Notes: generated by a model from the sequence alone, not told the origin. A stretch of DNA of 39,831 nucleotides from Clostridia bacterium (GCA_017444785.1 JAFSVX010000020.1:1-39831); one strand, 5' to 3'. Positions 19,983 through 30,072 are shown, numbered from the stretch's first letter. Made by a program: numbers and translations.

Positions 19983-20597
19983 TTAATCATCTAAATCTAT
20001 TTTGAATTTATGAATAACATTCATGCAAACAGCATTGTCAAAGCCTTTTCTTGCAAGAAAGTTATATAAGTTTGCGAAAGTTTTTTTATCAAACGATTTA
20101 TTTTTCATATACTTTTGTGCCAAAAACCAAGCATTATCATTCTCATCTTCCGCAGAAATTTCAGAAACTGCTTCCTCAATGATGCTCTTTTTAACGCCTT
20201 TAAAAAGCAGTTTATTTTTCAACTCTCTTACACTTTTGTTTTTATTGCTTTGCACAAAACTCTTTGCATAGGTCAAATCATCAATATATCCATAATCTTT
20301 TGCCAGATCTATCGCAAGTCTTATTCCATCACTGTTGAAGCCTTTTTTGATAAGTTTATCAAAAATCTCCTTCTCACAGCACAGTTTTCTGGAAATCATA
20401 TCAATCAGTTTTTCAAATGCACGCCTTTTTTCGCTTTGAACAACAATCTCTTCAAGTTGTTCTTTCGTCAAATCTTGCCCCACTTTAAGCTTATTTATGA
20501 CAATAACCTCTTCATCAATGCCACTGTAAAATGCGTCATCTATAAAGAGGTTATATCTTCCTTTTTTCTTTTGCTCAGAAATTTCAGTAATTATCAT
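19983..20597 (-). CDS. recX: Regulatory protein RecX
   Basis: IT.I..QK..RYNLFID, GYIDD..YA and FLARKGF motifs. Confidence 0.9.
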   Translation of the reverse strand: MIITEISEQKKKGRYNLFIDDAFYSGIDEEVIVINKLKVGQDLTKEQLEEIVVQSEKRRAFEKLIDMISRKLCCEKEIFDKLIKKGFNSDGIRLAIDLAKDYGYIDDLTYAKSFVQSNKNKSVRELKNKLLFKGVKKSIIEEAVSEISAEDENDNAWFLAQKYMKNKSFDKKTFANLYNFLARKGFDNAVCMNVIHKFKIDLDD

Positions 20598-20621
20598 TAT
20601 CGCTTCTTCTCACAAATAAAC

Positions 20622-21266
20622 CTAGAACTCTGACTTATAGTATTTTGCGCCAACCTTGGTCATATGCGTTCCTTCTTTAAAGCGAATACGAATATCCATA
20701 AGCACTTCTTCACTTGTATCCATAGGAATAGCACATTTAATCATAGGCATTGACTCATCAAAATTACGTTCCAAGATTTCAAAGCCCTTTTCAGTGATCA
20801 TTTTGCTGAGTGCTGCAAAATGGTTATAGCTTACTTTGATCTCAAAGATATTGCAATATACCATCATAATTTTCTTTGCATTGTCAAGCGCATGTGAGGC
20901 TGTTTCTGCATAAACTCTTGTCAGCCTGCTTTTGCCGAGTTCGATTCCACCAAAATATCTGACAACAGCAACAAGAGTGTTTGTCATATGTTTTTCGCGC
21001 AGAGCTTGATAGATTGGATTTCCGGCACTGCCCTCTGGCTCACCATCATCACTGCTTTTGGCAATGGAATAGTTTTCGCCAAGCAAATATGCATAAGCAA
21101 TATGCTTTGCATTTTTATTGCTTTTTTTCAAATCTGCCAAAGCTTCTGCCACCTGTTTTTGAGTTTCAACAGGAAAAACCACGCCAATAAATCTTGACCT
21201 GTTAACTTTTGTTTCAATCATAGACATCTCTGATGCCATGCAATATGAATAATGTTGTTCTTCCAT
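20622..21266 (-). CDS. YigZ/IMPACT family protein
   Basis: SRFIG, DDGEP.GSAG, VVRYFGGIELG motifs; AGGAG RBS before ATG 21266. Confidence 0.9.
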   Translation of the reverse strand: MEEQHYSYCMASEMSMIETKVNRSRFIGVVFPVETQKQVAEALADLKKSNKNAKHIAYAYLLGENYSIAKSSDDGEPEGSAGNPIYQALREKHMTNTLVAVVRYFGGIELGKSRLTRVYAETASHALDNAKKIMMVYCNIFEIKVSYNHFAALSKMITEKGFEILERNFDESMPMIKCAIPMDTSEEVLMDIRIRFKEGTHMTKVGAKYYKSEF

Positions 21267-21440
21267 AAAAACTCCTTTAAAATTCAGGCTGGCTGAAAAG
21301 TTTTTGCACAATTTCGCCGAATTTCAATATAATTGTAACACAAAATATTGAATTTGCAAAATAATAATTAACAAAAGTTTTACTTTTCTTGCAAATAATG
21401 ATAAAATATAATCAGTTCAATTATTATACGGAGGATTTTT

Positions 21441-22133
21441 ATGAACATTTCAAAACATGTAAATGATATGTGCCCAGTTGCAAAGGGCGCAAGACACGAA
21501 AATGCCCCTATTCCTGAGGAAGGTAAATGGGTGCATGCAAAAGAGATTAAAGATATAAGCGGTCTTACCCACGGTATTGGCTGGTGTGCCCCTCAACAAG
21601 GTGCCTGCAAACTGACCCTTAATGTGAAGGAAGGCATTATTCAAGAGGCTCTTGTTGAAACAATTGGTTGCTCTGGTATGACTCACAGTGCAGCAATGGC
21701 TGGTGAAATTTTGGTTGGCAAAACTATACTTGAGGCTCTTAACACCGACCTTGTTTGCGATGCTATCAACACAGCTATGCGTGAACTTTTCCTGCAAATT
21801 GTCTATGGAAGAACTCAATCAGCATTTTCTGACAACGGCCTTGAGATTGGCGCAGGTATGGACGATCTTGGAAAAGGTATGTGCTCACAAGTTGGCACAA
21901 TTTATTCAACCGCACTTAAAGGCACAAGATATTTAAATATGGCCGAGGGATATATCACCAAACTTGCTCTTGACAAAAACAGCGAGATTATCGGTTATGA
22001 ATATATTTCCACCGGAAAATTCTTTGAGGCAATCAAGAAAGGTGTAAGCCCAGAAGATGCACTTAAAGAAAACACAAAAACTTATGGTCGATTTGGCGAA
22101 GCTGTCAAATATATCGATCCAAGGAAGGAGTAA
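21441..22133 (+). CDS. NifU/IscU-like protein of the GGGtGRT cluster
   Basis: GWCAPQQGACKL, ETIGCSGMTHS, NTDLVCDA motifs; adjacent to the GGGtGRT gene. Confidence 0.85.
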   Translation: MNISKHVNDMCPVAKGARHENAPIPEEGKWVHAKEIKDISGLTHGIGWCAPQQGACKLTLNVKEGIIQEALVETIGCSGMTHSAAMAGEILVGKTILEALNTDLVCDAINTAMRELFLQIVYGRTQSAFSDNGLEIGAGMDDLGKGMCSQVGTIYSTALKGTRYLNMAEGYITKLALDKNSEIIGYEYISTGKFFEAIKKGVSPEDALKENTKTYGRFGEAVKYIDPRKE

Positions 22134-22137
22134 GACA

Positions 22138-23133
22138 ATGGTTGAATTTGAAGGTAAAGAGAAAAGAATTGACGGCATCAATGTTGCCCTCAAAAAGTTT
22201 GGTATCAAATCACTTGAAGAAGCAAAGGAGATTTGTGACAAAAAAGGTATCAATGTCAGTGAAATTGTCCGCGGAGTTCAAACAATTTGTTTTGAAAACG
22301 CTGTTTGGGCGTATACACTTGGCACTGCTATTGCAATAAAACAAGGCGCAAAAACCGCAGTTGAGGCTGCAAAACTTATCGGCGAAGGGCTTCAAGCTTT
22401 CTGTGTCCATGGTTCAGTTGCTGACCACAGAAAAGTAGGCCTTGGCCATGGCAATCTTGGAGCAATGCTTTTGGACGAAAAAACAAAATGTTTCTGCTTC
22501 CTTGCAGGTCATGAAAGCTTTGCCGCAGCGGAGGGCGCTATCGGTATCGCAAGCACTGCAAATAAGGCAAGAAAAACTCCACTTAAAGTTATTCTCAACG
22601 GTCTTGGCAAAGATGCTGCATATATCATCAGCCGTGTCAACGGTTTCACATATGTTAAAACTGACTATGACTTTGCAAATGCAAAGCTTAACATTGTCGA
22701 AAAAAAAGCCTTTTCTGATGGGCCAAGAAGTCAAGTTCTTGTCTATGGCGCAAATGATGTCAACGAAGGCGTAGCAATCATGGAATATGAAAAAGTTGAT
22801 GTTTCAATCACAGGAAACAGCACCAACCCTACCCGCTTCCAGCACCCAGTTGCCGGAACTTACAAAAAGCTTTGCTTTGAAAGTGGCAAACAATATTTCA
22901 GCGTTGCAAGTGGTGGCGGAACAGGAAGAACTCTACACCCAGATAATATGGCTGCCGGCCCTGCGTCATATGGTATGACCGACACTATGGGAAGAATGCA
23001 CGGAGATGCTCAGTTTGCCGGTTCCTCATCAGTGCCTGCTCATGTTGACATGATGGGCTTTATAGGCATGGGCAACAACCCAATGGTTGGCGCAACAGTT
23101 GCACTTGCAGTTGCCGTTGAACTTAACAAATAA
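22138..23133 (+). CDS. GGGtGRT protein
   Basis: Signature SVASGGGTGRTLHPD; ATG at 22138 after AAGGAG. Confidence 0.93.
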   Translation: MVEFEGKEKRIDGINVALKKFGIKSLEEAKEICDKKGINVSEIVRGVQTICFENAVWAYTLGTAIAIKQGAKTAVEAAKLIGEGLQAFCVHGSVADHRKVGLGHGNLGAMLLDEKTKCFCFLAGHESFAAAEGAIGIASTANKARKTPLKVILNGLGKDAAYIISRVNGFTYVKTDYDFANAKLNIVEKKAFSDGPRSQVLVYGANDVNEGVAIMEYEKVDVSITGNSTNPTRFQHPVAGTYKKLCFESGKQYFSVASGGGTGRTLHPDNMAAGPASYGMTDTMGRMHGDAQFAGSSSVPAHVDMMGFIGMGNNPMVGATVALAVAVELNK

Positions 23134-23219
23134 AATAGAAAAAATGAAATAAATAAACAAATAAATAGAGATTAGTAAAAGAAAAAACAAATACTCACAT
23201 TACCAAAAGGAAAAATGCT

Positions 23220-24599
23220 ATGAAAAAAGTATTGATTATCGGCGCAGGGCCATCAGGAATATTCACTGCCCTTGAGCTGATAAAACAAAATGCCAAATTC
23301 GATATCACTATTATCGAACAAGGCCATAAGATCGAAAACAGGGCTTGCCCAAAGGGTAGAGGCCTTGATTGTGTGCATTGCAAACCATACTGCAACATCA
23401 CATCAGGATTTAGTGGTGCAGGTGCTTTCAGTGATGGGAAACTGTCCCTCAATTGCGATGTTGGTGGGGATTTTCCTCAACTGATAGGCGCTCAGAATGC
23501 TCAGGATTTAATTGATTATACAGACAAGATTTATCTTGACTTTGGCGCCGACACTCACATAGAGGGCGCAACCGAAACCGAGGAAATCCGAGAGATAAGA
23601 AAATCAGCCACAATTGCAGGACTTAAGCTTGTGGACTGCCCTATTCGTCATATTGGAACAGAGAAGGCGCATCAGCTCTATTATGATATTGAAAAATACT
23701 TAATAGAGCATAACGTGAAACTCCTTGCAGACAAAAACTGCAGCGATATCATTATCAAGGACAAAAAATGTATTGGCGCTGTCGTTGATGGCGAAGAAAT
23801 TTTTGCAGACATAGTTGTTGTTGCAACAGGCAGAAAAGGTGCAGATTGGCTTGACAATATGTGCCGTCAACATGGCATAGGCCGTGAGCCTGGCGTTGTC
23901 GATATAGGCGTCAGGGTGGAAGTAAGAAACGAGGTCATGGAAAAGGTCAACAAAGCGCTCTATGAGTCAAAGCTTATTGGCTGGCCAGCACCATTTCACA
24001 ACAAGGTTCGAACATTCTGCCAAAATCCTGGCGGTTTTGTCGCTCAAGAGAATTATGAAGACGACCTTGCAGTTGTAAATGGCCACAGCTTCAAAAACAC
24101 AAAATCCAACAATACCAACCTCGCGCTTTTGTGTTCACACCACTTCACCTATCCTTTTGATGATCCAATAACCTATGCAAAGAAAATCGGTGAAATCACT
24201 AACATGCTTGGCGATGGACACATTCTTGTTCAAAGGCTTGGGGATATCAAGGCCGGCAAAAGAACTTGGCCAGATGAACTTTCAAGAACAAACTTAAAGC
24301 CAACTCTTACCGATGCAATCGCAGGCGATATCACCTCTGCAATACCATACAGAACAATGATATCTATTCTCAATTTTATCGAAATGATGGATAAAGTTGT
24401 TCCTGGTTTTGCAAGTAATGAAACCCTGCTTTATGCCCCTGAAATCAAGTTTTACAGCAACCGAATAAAGATGGATAAAAATCTTAAGACGAATGTTGAA
24501 AACCTCTATTGTCTTGGTGACGCAAGTGGTTGGACACGTGGTCTTATGATGGCAAGCGCCATGGGCGTTCATATGGCAAGACAGATTTTGGATAAATAA
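23220..24599 (+). CDS. FAD-dependent oxidoreductase
   Basis: GAGPSG, CPK..C..C..C cluster, GAGAFSDGK, VRTFC.NP, APEIKFY motifs. Confidence 0.88.
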   Translation: MKKVLIIGAGPSGIFTALELIKQNAKFDITIIEQGHKIENRACPKGRGLDCVHCKPYCNITSGFSGAGAFSDGKLSLNCDVGGDFPQLIGAQNAQDLIDYTDKIYLDFGADTHIEGATETEEIREIRKSATIAGLKLVDCPIRHIGTEKAHQLYYDIEKYLIEHNVKLLADKNCSDIIIKDKKCIGAVVDGEEIFADIVVVATGRKGADWLDNMCRQHGIGREPGVVDIGVRVEVRNEVMEKVNKALYESKLIGWPAPFHNKVRTFCQNPGGFVAQENYEDDLAVVNGHSFKNTKSNNTNLALLCSHHFTYPFDDPITYAKKIGEITNMLGDGHILVQRLGDIKAGKRTWPDELSRTNLKPTLTDAIAGDITSAIPYRTMISILNFIEMMDKVVPGFASNETLLYAPEIKFYSNRIKMDKNLKTNVENLYCLGDASGWTRGLMMASAMGVHMARQILDK

Positions 24600-24638
24600 A
24601 CACATTAAAATATAAATTATTATAAAAATGTTAAAATT

Positions 24639-24668
24639 AAAAAAGCCACATTTGATATGTGGCTTTTT
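24639..24668. terminator. Bidirectional terminator
   Basis: AAAAAAGCCACAT-TTGAT-ATGTGGCTTTTT between convergent genes. Confidence 0.8.
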
Positions 24669-24691
24669 CTATCAATTGATTTATAAATGTT

Positions 24692-25303
24692 TTATTTTTC
24701 CTTTTCATCTTTATCATGACTTGCAAACAATTGCCTCTCTGCTTCTTCAAAAAATTCAGAAATCTTTTCTAATGAGTTTTTCTCTATGTAATCAACATAT
24801 TCCTTAATTCTTTCATATCCATCCATGTATTCTCCAGCCTCTTTCCTCCAAGACACATAAGATGCATCTTTGGCTGTTTGTAACATATTTTGGAATTTAT
24901 TTATCATCAATTTTTCAAACTTAATTCTTTCGGCAAGCAATTGTTTTTTATCATCAAAAGAATAATCCTCAGGATATCTTTTTAAAATATACTTATGTCT
25001 CTTTATATAGGTTGTATTATTTAAAGGTTTATTAACAACCTTGTAACCAAAAATTTTACTGTTATAGTCTGCAATCAAACGCGAAAGACTGGTTTGAAAA
25101 AAATGTATTTTATCTTTATCATAAAGACTTTTAATTTTCTTTTCTTTTAGATATTCATTATAATATTGATTTAAATCTGATGAACTGTTCACAATAGCAT
25201 CACAAAAAGTATCAGCATAATAGATTGATTTTGCCAATAAATCCACCATATCAGATATATCATCATTATATTGATATACTTTTCTTATTCCTCTTGCTTT
25301 CAT
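24692..25303 (-). CDS. Hypothetical helical protein
   Basis: 203-aa AT-rich ORF with upstream TTGATT..TATAAT; no motif recognised. Confidence 0.65.
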   Translation of the reverse strand: MKARGIRKVYQYNDDISDMVDLLAKSIYYADTFCDAIVNSSSDLNQYYNEYLKEKKIKSLYDKDKIHFFQTSLSRLIADYNSKIFGYKVVNKPLNNTTYIKRHKYILKRYPEDYSFDDKKQLLAERIKFEKLMINKFQNMLQTAKDASYVSWRKEAGEYMDGYERIKEYVDYIEKNSLEKISEFFEEAERQLFASHDKDEKEK

Positions 25304-25450
25304 ATTTACCTTTATCCAATCAAATTATAGCATATTTCACAGCAAAATCAACTCTTATTTAAAATTTATAACTATAATAACATGCACTCACGGTGATTAC
25401 ATACACTTTGTGATTACATGCCAAGCCTTCATATCCATTCAGGCTTGGAT

Positions 25451-25855
25451 AAAAATAAGACATCAACAAATGTTGATGTCTTATTTTTGGCTCCCCTGAT
25501 TCGTCGCAACTCGTCCTTATTGCTCATTTTGACTTTAATCAAAATTTCGCCTTACTGTCGGTTACTCCTCTCCCCGCACGAAAATCATAGATTTCCTACA
25601 GGGACCCCATACAAGAATCCTACCCTTGTGAGCAAAAAAAATAGCGACGCTGATGCGTCACTATTTTTTGGCTCCCCGGATTCGTCAGAACTCATGCTTG
25701 TCTTAGCTTGTTTTGAAAATTCAAAACTTCGCCTTGTCTTTCGCATGGTTCTTCCTCTCCCCACAAAACCACTGCGTATTTTTGCGGGGCACCCCAATTA
25801 TGAATCCTACCCTTGTGAGCAAAAAAAATAGCGACGCTGATGCGTCACTATTTTT
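25451..25855 (-). repeat. tRNA-Asn-linked tandem repeats (187 and 181 bp units)
   Basis: The tRNA 3' end ATC(C/A)GGGGAGCCA recurs at 25856, 25669 and 25488, each followed by a terminator hairpin; structured cores at 25681-25796 and 25501-25609. Confidence 0.9.
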
Positions 25856-25930
25856 TGGCTCCCCGGATAGGATTCGGACCTACGACCTTGTGATTAACAG
25901 TCACCTGCTCCACCACTGAGCTACCGGGGA
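25856..25930 (-). tRNA. tRNA-Asn(GTT)
   Basis: TCCCCGG/CCGGGGA-GCCA acceptor, anticodon loop CTGTTAA; promoter TTGCAA-N17-TATAAT at 26002-25974. Confidence 0.93.
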
Positions 25931-26135
25931 ATATATGTAAACTTACGCTTGGTTTCCAAACGCAAGTAAACGTATTATATAATAAACCTTTCAAGATTGC
26001 AAGTGTTTTTGAAATTTTTATCTAAGTTTTTATAAAATAATCAATATTCCACCTGCAATGATAATTTTGATTGCGGTTAAATCGATTATAATTCATTTTT
26101 TGTATTATTCATTCAAAATATTAAATATGATCAAT

Positions 26136-26714
26136 TTATTCAATATAATCGATGATAAAACTTGCGACAGCATCTTCAAACTCGACATTAAGCCTATAAG
26201 TTTGGCTATACTCAAGCCCAGTTATGCTCTCTTTAAGTATATCAGTAACTGCTTTCATATTTTCACTTGTTATCAAAACATCAATACCAAACCAAGAGTC
26301 GCCAACATCTTTAATAAATTCATCAGTGAGTGCTTCGCTGAGATTTATTTCATAAGTTGACTGCACATCATCGCTTGTGATGTTTGCAATAAAAACAGCT
26401 TTTACAAACGCGCCGGTGTCAAGAAATGAGTATTTTTCAAGAACTGTGTAAGTTTTTCCATCCACATCAAACTCTGTTTCGCCATCATGGTAAATAGGAT
26501 TGTCTTTTCCGATGATATAGACTTTCTCAGTATGATATTTATCTTTATAGACAAGTTTTTCAACAGACTTTTCCACCTCCACCGTTTTGTATGGTCTTGG
26601 CAGAACAATCGCAAGCACAACAATAGCCACCAAAAGCGCAGCAATGATACTAAGATAAATCTTGTCGCGTCTTGTTATTTTGATAGTGATTTCATCTTTA
26701 GAATTGTTTTCCAT
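26136..26714 (-). CDS. Membrane-anchored hypothetical protein
   Basis: N-terminal TM helix; starts 2 nt after the upstream stop. Confidence 0.75.
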   Translation of the reverse strand: MENNSKDEITIKITRRDKIYLSIIAALLVAIVVLAIVLPRPYKTVEVEKSVEKLVYKDKYHTEKVYIIGKDNPIYHDGETEFDVDGKTYTVLEKYSFLDTGAFVKAVFIANITSDDVQSTYEINLSEALTDEFIKDVGDSWFGIDVLITSENMKAVTDILKESITGLEYSQTYRLNVEFEDAVASFIIDYIE

Positions 26715-26716
26715 AA

Positions 26717-27148
26717 CTACCTCAAGATGATTGTGGAAGAAGTTGGGCAGATCTCCTCACCTTCCGCCAAAACAATAGATTCACCATGCTTATACTCTTT
26801 CACATAGTTACCAATACGGATATTGAATGTTCCCTCATTTTCATAGGCAGAAAGAACGGTATATTTTCCTGGCTTAATCACACCTTTTTTGTCCACTTTC
26901 ACCATTTTTCTTGGTTGCAAAACGATATCGTCTTTGACGTATGACACATTCTGGTTGCCTTCTTTATCCACGATTTCCGCATCAGGAGTATATCTTACGC
27001 CGTCTTTTTCCACGACATCTTCAACCTGTCTTGACTTAGACTCTTTTTTCTCTTTATTTTTTTTTACCATTTTCTTGATGGTTATAATTGATGTTATAAA
27101 CACAATTAAACCCAAAATTCCATAAAAAATATATCTTATAAAATCCAT
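26717..27148 (-). CDS. Membrane-anchored hypothetical protein
   Basis: AAGGAG RBS, N-terminal TM helix, beta-rich C-terminus. Confidence 0.75.
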   Translation of the reverse strand: MDFIRYIFYGILGLIVFITSIITIKKMVKKNKEKKESKSRQVEDVVEKDGVRYTPDAEIVDKEGNQNVSYVKDDIVLQPRKMVKVDKKGVIKPGKYTVLSAYENEGTFNIRIGNYVKEYKHGESIVLAEGEEICPTSSTIILR

Positions 27149-27222
27149 AAGAATTCTCCTTTCTTATTTTAGTTTAGCATTATTTTCTTGTTTTTACAAG
27201 CAAAAATGATGCATTTTGCAAA

Positions 27223-27783
27223 TTATTCATGCCCAGGATAGACTTTTTTACCTATAAGATAGGGCTTCAGTTTGATCAGACTTGTAACAAGTTTGCTTCG
27301 ATTTCCGTCCAAAAGGTCAGTCCTGCCATAGACTCCGTCACCAAAATATGTGTCCCCAGTGAATATTTTGTCGCCATAGATAATACACACACTACCCGAG
27401 GTGTGCCCAGGGGTGAAAATAAACTCAAATTCCTAACTTAAAAGTTCTTTTTTACCCTCTATAATAAATTCATCAGGCAAACACTTTGGTACTGTGCAGT
27501 CATACAAAAATCCCATGTTTATCTCACTGTCCAAAAGCTTTGGTGCATCGTCCTCACTGATCAGCACTTTTGCACCCATATCTTTAAGCGCTTTTGCAGA
27601 GAAAATATGATCAAAATGCCCATGTGTCAAGACAACAAACTCTGGCTGAACTTTAAGCTCTGAAATGGTCTTTAAAATCAGGTCGGTGTCAAGTCCCGGA
27701 TCAATAACAATAGCCTTCCCATCTTTTGAAAGCACATAGCAATTTTCATTCAATTGTCCGTTCGTAATCTTAGTTATTTTCAT
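27223..27783 (-). pseudogene. Glyoxalase II-like MBL hydrolase interrupted by an in-frame TAG at 27435-27433
   Basis: THGHFDH before the stop; the same frame continues [32 protein letters not shown] to TAA at 27223. Confidence 0.85.
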
Positions 27784-27799
27784 GTTTATCCAACGTTAA

Positions 27800-28837
27800 T
27801 TATAAAATATTGATGATGTGGTCAGCATAGCCATACACGTTTTCAAGCTTAATCATACTGCCATCGTCAAGAGTGATTTTGCCCGAAAATGAGCCAAACG
27901 CTTGATTGTGGTTATGCAAAAAGCAAAGTCCAAAAATTTTGTGTTTATTCAGTGCCACAGGATCAAAGGTCAACTCAATTTTTCCATCACTGCTGTAAAA
28001 TGTCCAGGTTCCCATATAGTCTTTGCCCGAGCCTTGCTTTTGAATATAGATCTTGACCTCATCAATAAACTCCATTTTTCCGTCATAGCAAAGCATGCTT
28101 TTGTCGTTAATTTCATTATTGCCTGGGCCCATGCTCAGTTTCATGGCAAGGGGTTTCTCACGATCCACTTTGAAAAGCAAACATGCATTTCGCATGGTAG
28201 TTTTAAGTGGAAAACAGCCTCTTGAAAACTCATAAAGAGCTTGGCTTTCCTCTTCATAGATCCCATATTCTTTGCCGGCAAGTGTGAATCTTCCTGCCAC
28301 ACTTGAAGCACAAATAGTGTTTGTAAAACAGAAATGATATGGATTTTTGAAAGTTGACGACTCCAAAAAGTCCATTTTATTATCAAGTTGAACAGTGAAA
28401 TCGAACACAAAATTTGAGTTCGTCTCGTTGGTGAAAAAGTTGTCAAAATAGCCTGTCAAGTGGGTTTTCCCGCCGTTGATATCAAATTTAAACTCAGCAT
28501 TTTCAGTCTTAAGATAGGAAACGCCTTTTTCTGGATTATCTGAAAGGATTGTGGCATTTAAAGGCCTCTTTATCTTGGATTTGTTGAAATAAACCTTATT
28601 TCTCATAAAGTCGACAACAGTGGCAGTCGCAAACGCCAAACCATTGCGCTCAGTTATTGCTAAAGATAAAGCGAATCTTGAATCGGAAATATAAAACAAA
28701 TCCTGAGCTTTGATCTTCTTTTTATTTTTAGCACAATCTTGATTGTAAGAAAGCACAAGCTTATCTGTAAAGCAATAGTTTTTGACTCTGCCGTCTGCAT
28801 TCAAAAGTACATCTTTTTTCACAAGTTTTTCTGACAT
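27800..28837 (-). CDS. DUF2804-like beta-rich protein
   Basis: LLN.DG, SRG.FP, W.F.S.DG.IELTF.P and Q.FG.FSG.I.L.DG patterns. Confidence 0.7.
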   Translation of the reverse strand: MSEKLVKKDVLLNADGRVKNYCFTDKLVLSYNQDCAKNKKKIKAQDLFYISDSRFALSLAITERNGLAFATATVVDFMRNKVYFNKSKIKRPLNATILSDNPEKGVSYLKTENAEFKFDINGGKTHLTGYFDNFFTNETNSNFVFDFTVQLDNKMDFLESSTFKNPYHFCFTNTICASSVAGRFTLAGKEYGIYEEESQALYEFSRGCFPLKTTMRNACLLFKVDREKPLAMKLSMGPGNNEINDKSMLCYDGKMEFIDEVKIYIQKQGSGKDYMGTWTFYSSDGKIELTFDPVALNKHKIFGLCFLHNHNQAFGSFSGKITLDDGSMIKLENVYGYADHIINIL

Positions 28838-29074
28838 ATCTATTCCCCTTTAAACGAATAAATCAATTTTAAACAAGTAAATTTTTGCCCCAAGCAATAA
28901 AAAAAATAATTTTACTGATGTTATAATAACATATTTTTTATAACTCTGTAAAATTATTTTAACTATTATTTAATATTTTTATGTGATATCTTTGTATAGG
29001 TCTCAAAGATTTCAACATTAAAGATATAATCTATCTTGAAAAACTAAAAAATATATGATATAATTGCCAAGTCT

Positions 29075-29992
29075 ATGATGAAAACAACTTTGAAAGACAA
29101 CCAAATATTGATGTTTATCGACTTTAATAATACTCTTGTCGACTATGAAAATGAGTATAACGACTTCACCCCTCGCGGAATGGATGAAGCCATTTACAGT
29201 CGTCCTTTTACCATACGCAAAAGAGTTATCGATTGTTTAAGATACTTTGAAAAACAGACCGGTCTGACTCCTGTTGTCTGTGTTGTTACCAACGCGAAAG
29301 CTGATGCACTTGATATAAATGGTTCGCCAGGAATTTTTGAAGATTTCAAAATGACTTTTTTCCCTCCTGAGCAGCTTTTAAACAATTCTCTTTCACAAGC
29401 TTGTGCAAAGTATTTAAAATATATCACATATGCTAGGAATGATTACTATTTCAAAGTAAATCCAGAAAAATATACAAATAACATGTTTGAAAAAGTTTAC
29501 TTTGATGATAAAATCTTGACAATCAGGTATGCTCCTGACTTTAAGAAAAAAGAAATGGTTGACAGAATGTTAACAACACTTGATCCAACCAAAAGCACCA
29601 GCAAATACATTATTTTTGCCGGCGACAGCATCAAAGACGACTACCCAATGAAAGAAGTTGAGACTCCTGAAGGTGTCTGCAAGATTTTCATAAGACCATT
29701 CCGTGCGAAAAAAACCGCCTCTCCACACGTAAAATTGCAATTTGCAAAAGCTAAAGGTGAAATATTTACAATGAAAAACCAACAAAATGGCAAAATAATA
29801 AAACACCTTGACTATAACAATATTCAATTTCTGCCTATTGATGAGCAACTTAAACTTGACAATTATTCCAGCGGAGACATCATTTATCTTACTCAGAAAA
29901 ACAGTAGAGGTCTTACTGATGGCCTATATAAAGCCGCCGATTTCATTGCAAGTAATCTCCAAAATAAAGAAGATACAGAAGAAATGGAATAA
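29075..29992 (+). CDS. Divergent HAD-like hypothetical protein
   Basis: MFIDFNNTLVD (motif I-like), VVTN (II), FAGDSIKDD (IV). Confidence 0.65.
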   Translation: MMKTTLKDNQILMFIDFNNTLVDYENEYNDFTPRGMDEAIYSRPFTIRKRVIDCLRYFEKQTGLTPVVCVVTNAKADALDINGSPGIFEDFKMTFFPPEQLLNNSLSQACAKYLKYITYARNDYYFKVNPEKYTNNMFEKVYFDDKILTIRYAPDFKKKEMVDRMLTTLDPTKSTSKYIIFAGDSIKDDYPMKEVETPEGVCKIFIRPFRAKKTASPHVKLQFAKAKGEIFTMKNQQNGKIIKHLDYNNIQFLPIDEQLKLDNYSSGDIIYLTQKNSRGLTDGLYKAADFIASNLQNKEDTEEME

Positions 29993-30072
29993 ATCATAAC
30001 GTTATATGCACAAATCATAAAATGCTATATAAACAAAAATTTACAAGATGTTAAAAAATTTTGGAAAATATG

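Noticed and set aside
25681-25796. Hammerhead ribozyme (CTGACGA plus GCGAA) or group II intron domain V (GAGCCGTG at ~30587) in the core
   Set aside because: CTGA and GAGCCG are each present in only one copy and lie in covarying stem positions; the topology does not fit
25488-25856. Prophage or genomic island bounded by attL/attR at tRNA-Asn (and likewise tRNA-Ile)
   Set aside because: Duplicated tRNA ends are only ~180-290 bp apart, with no integrase or cargo genes
25418-25919. ORF-track ORFs over the tRNA-linked repeats (also 30154-31245)
   Set aside because: They overlap tRNAs and hairpins, lack an RBS, and are explained by GC-richer structured DNA
27433-27435. Genome-wide TAG reassignment
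   Set aside because: Several intact genes end in TAG at their expected C-termini immediately before the next gene; only one internal TAG was seen
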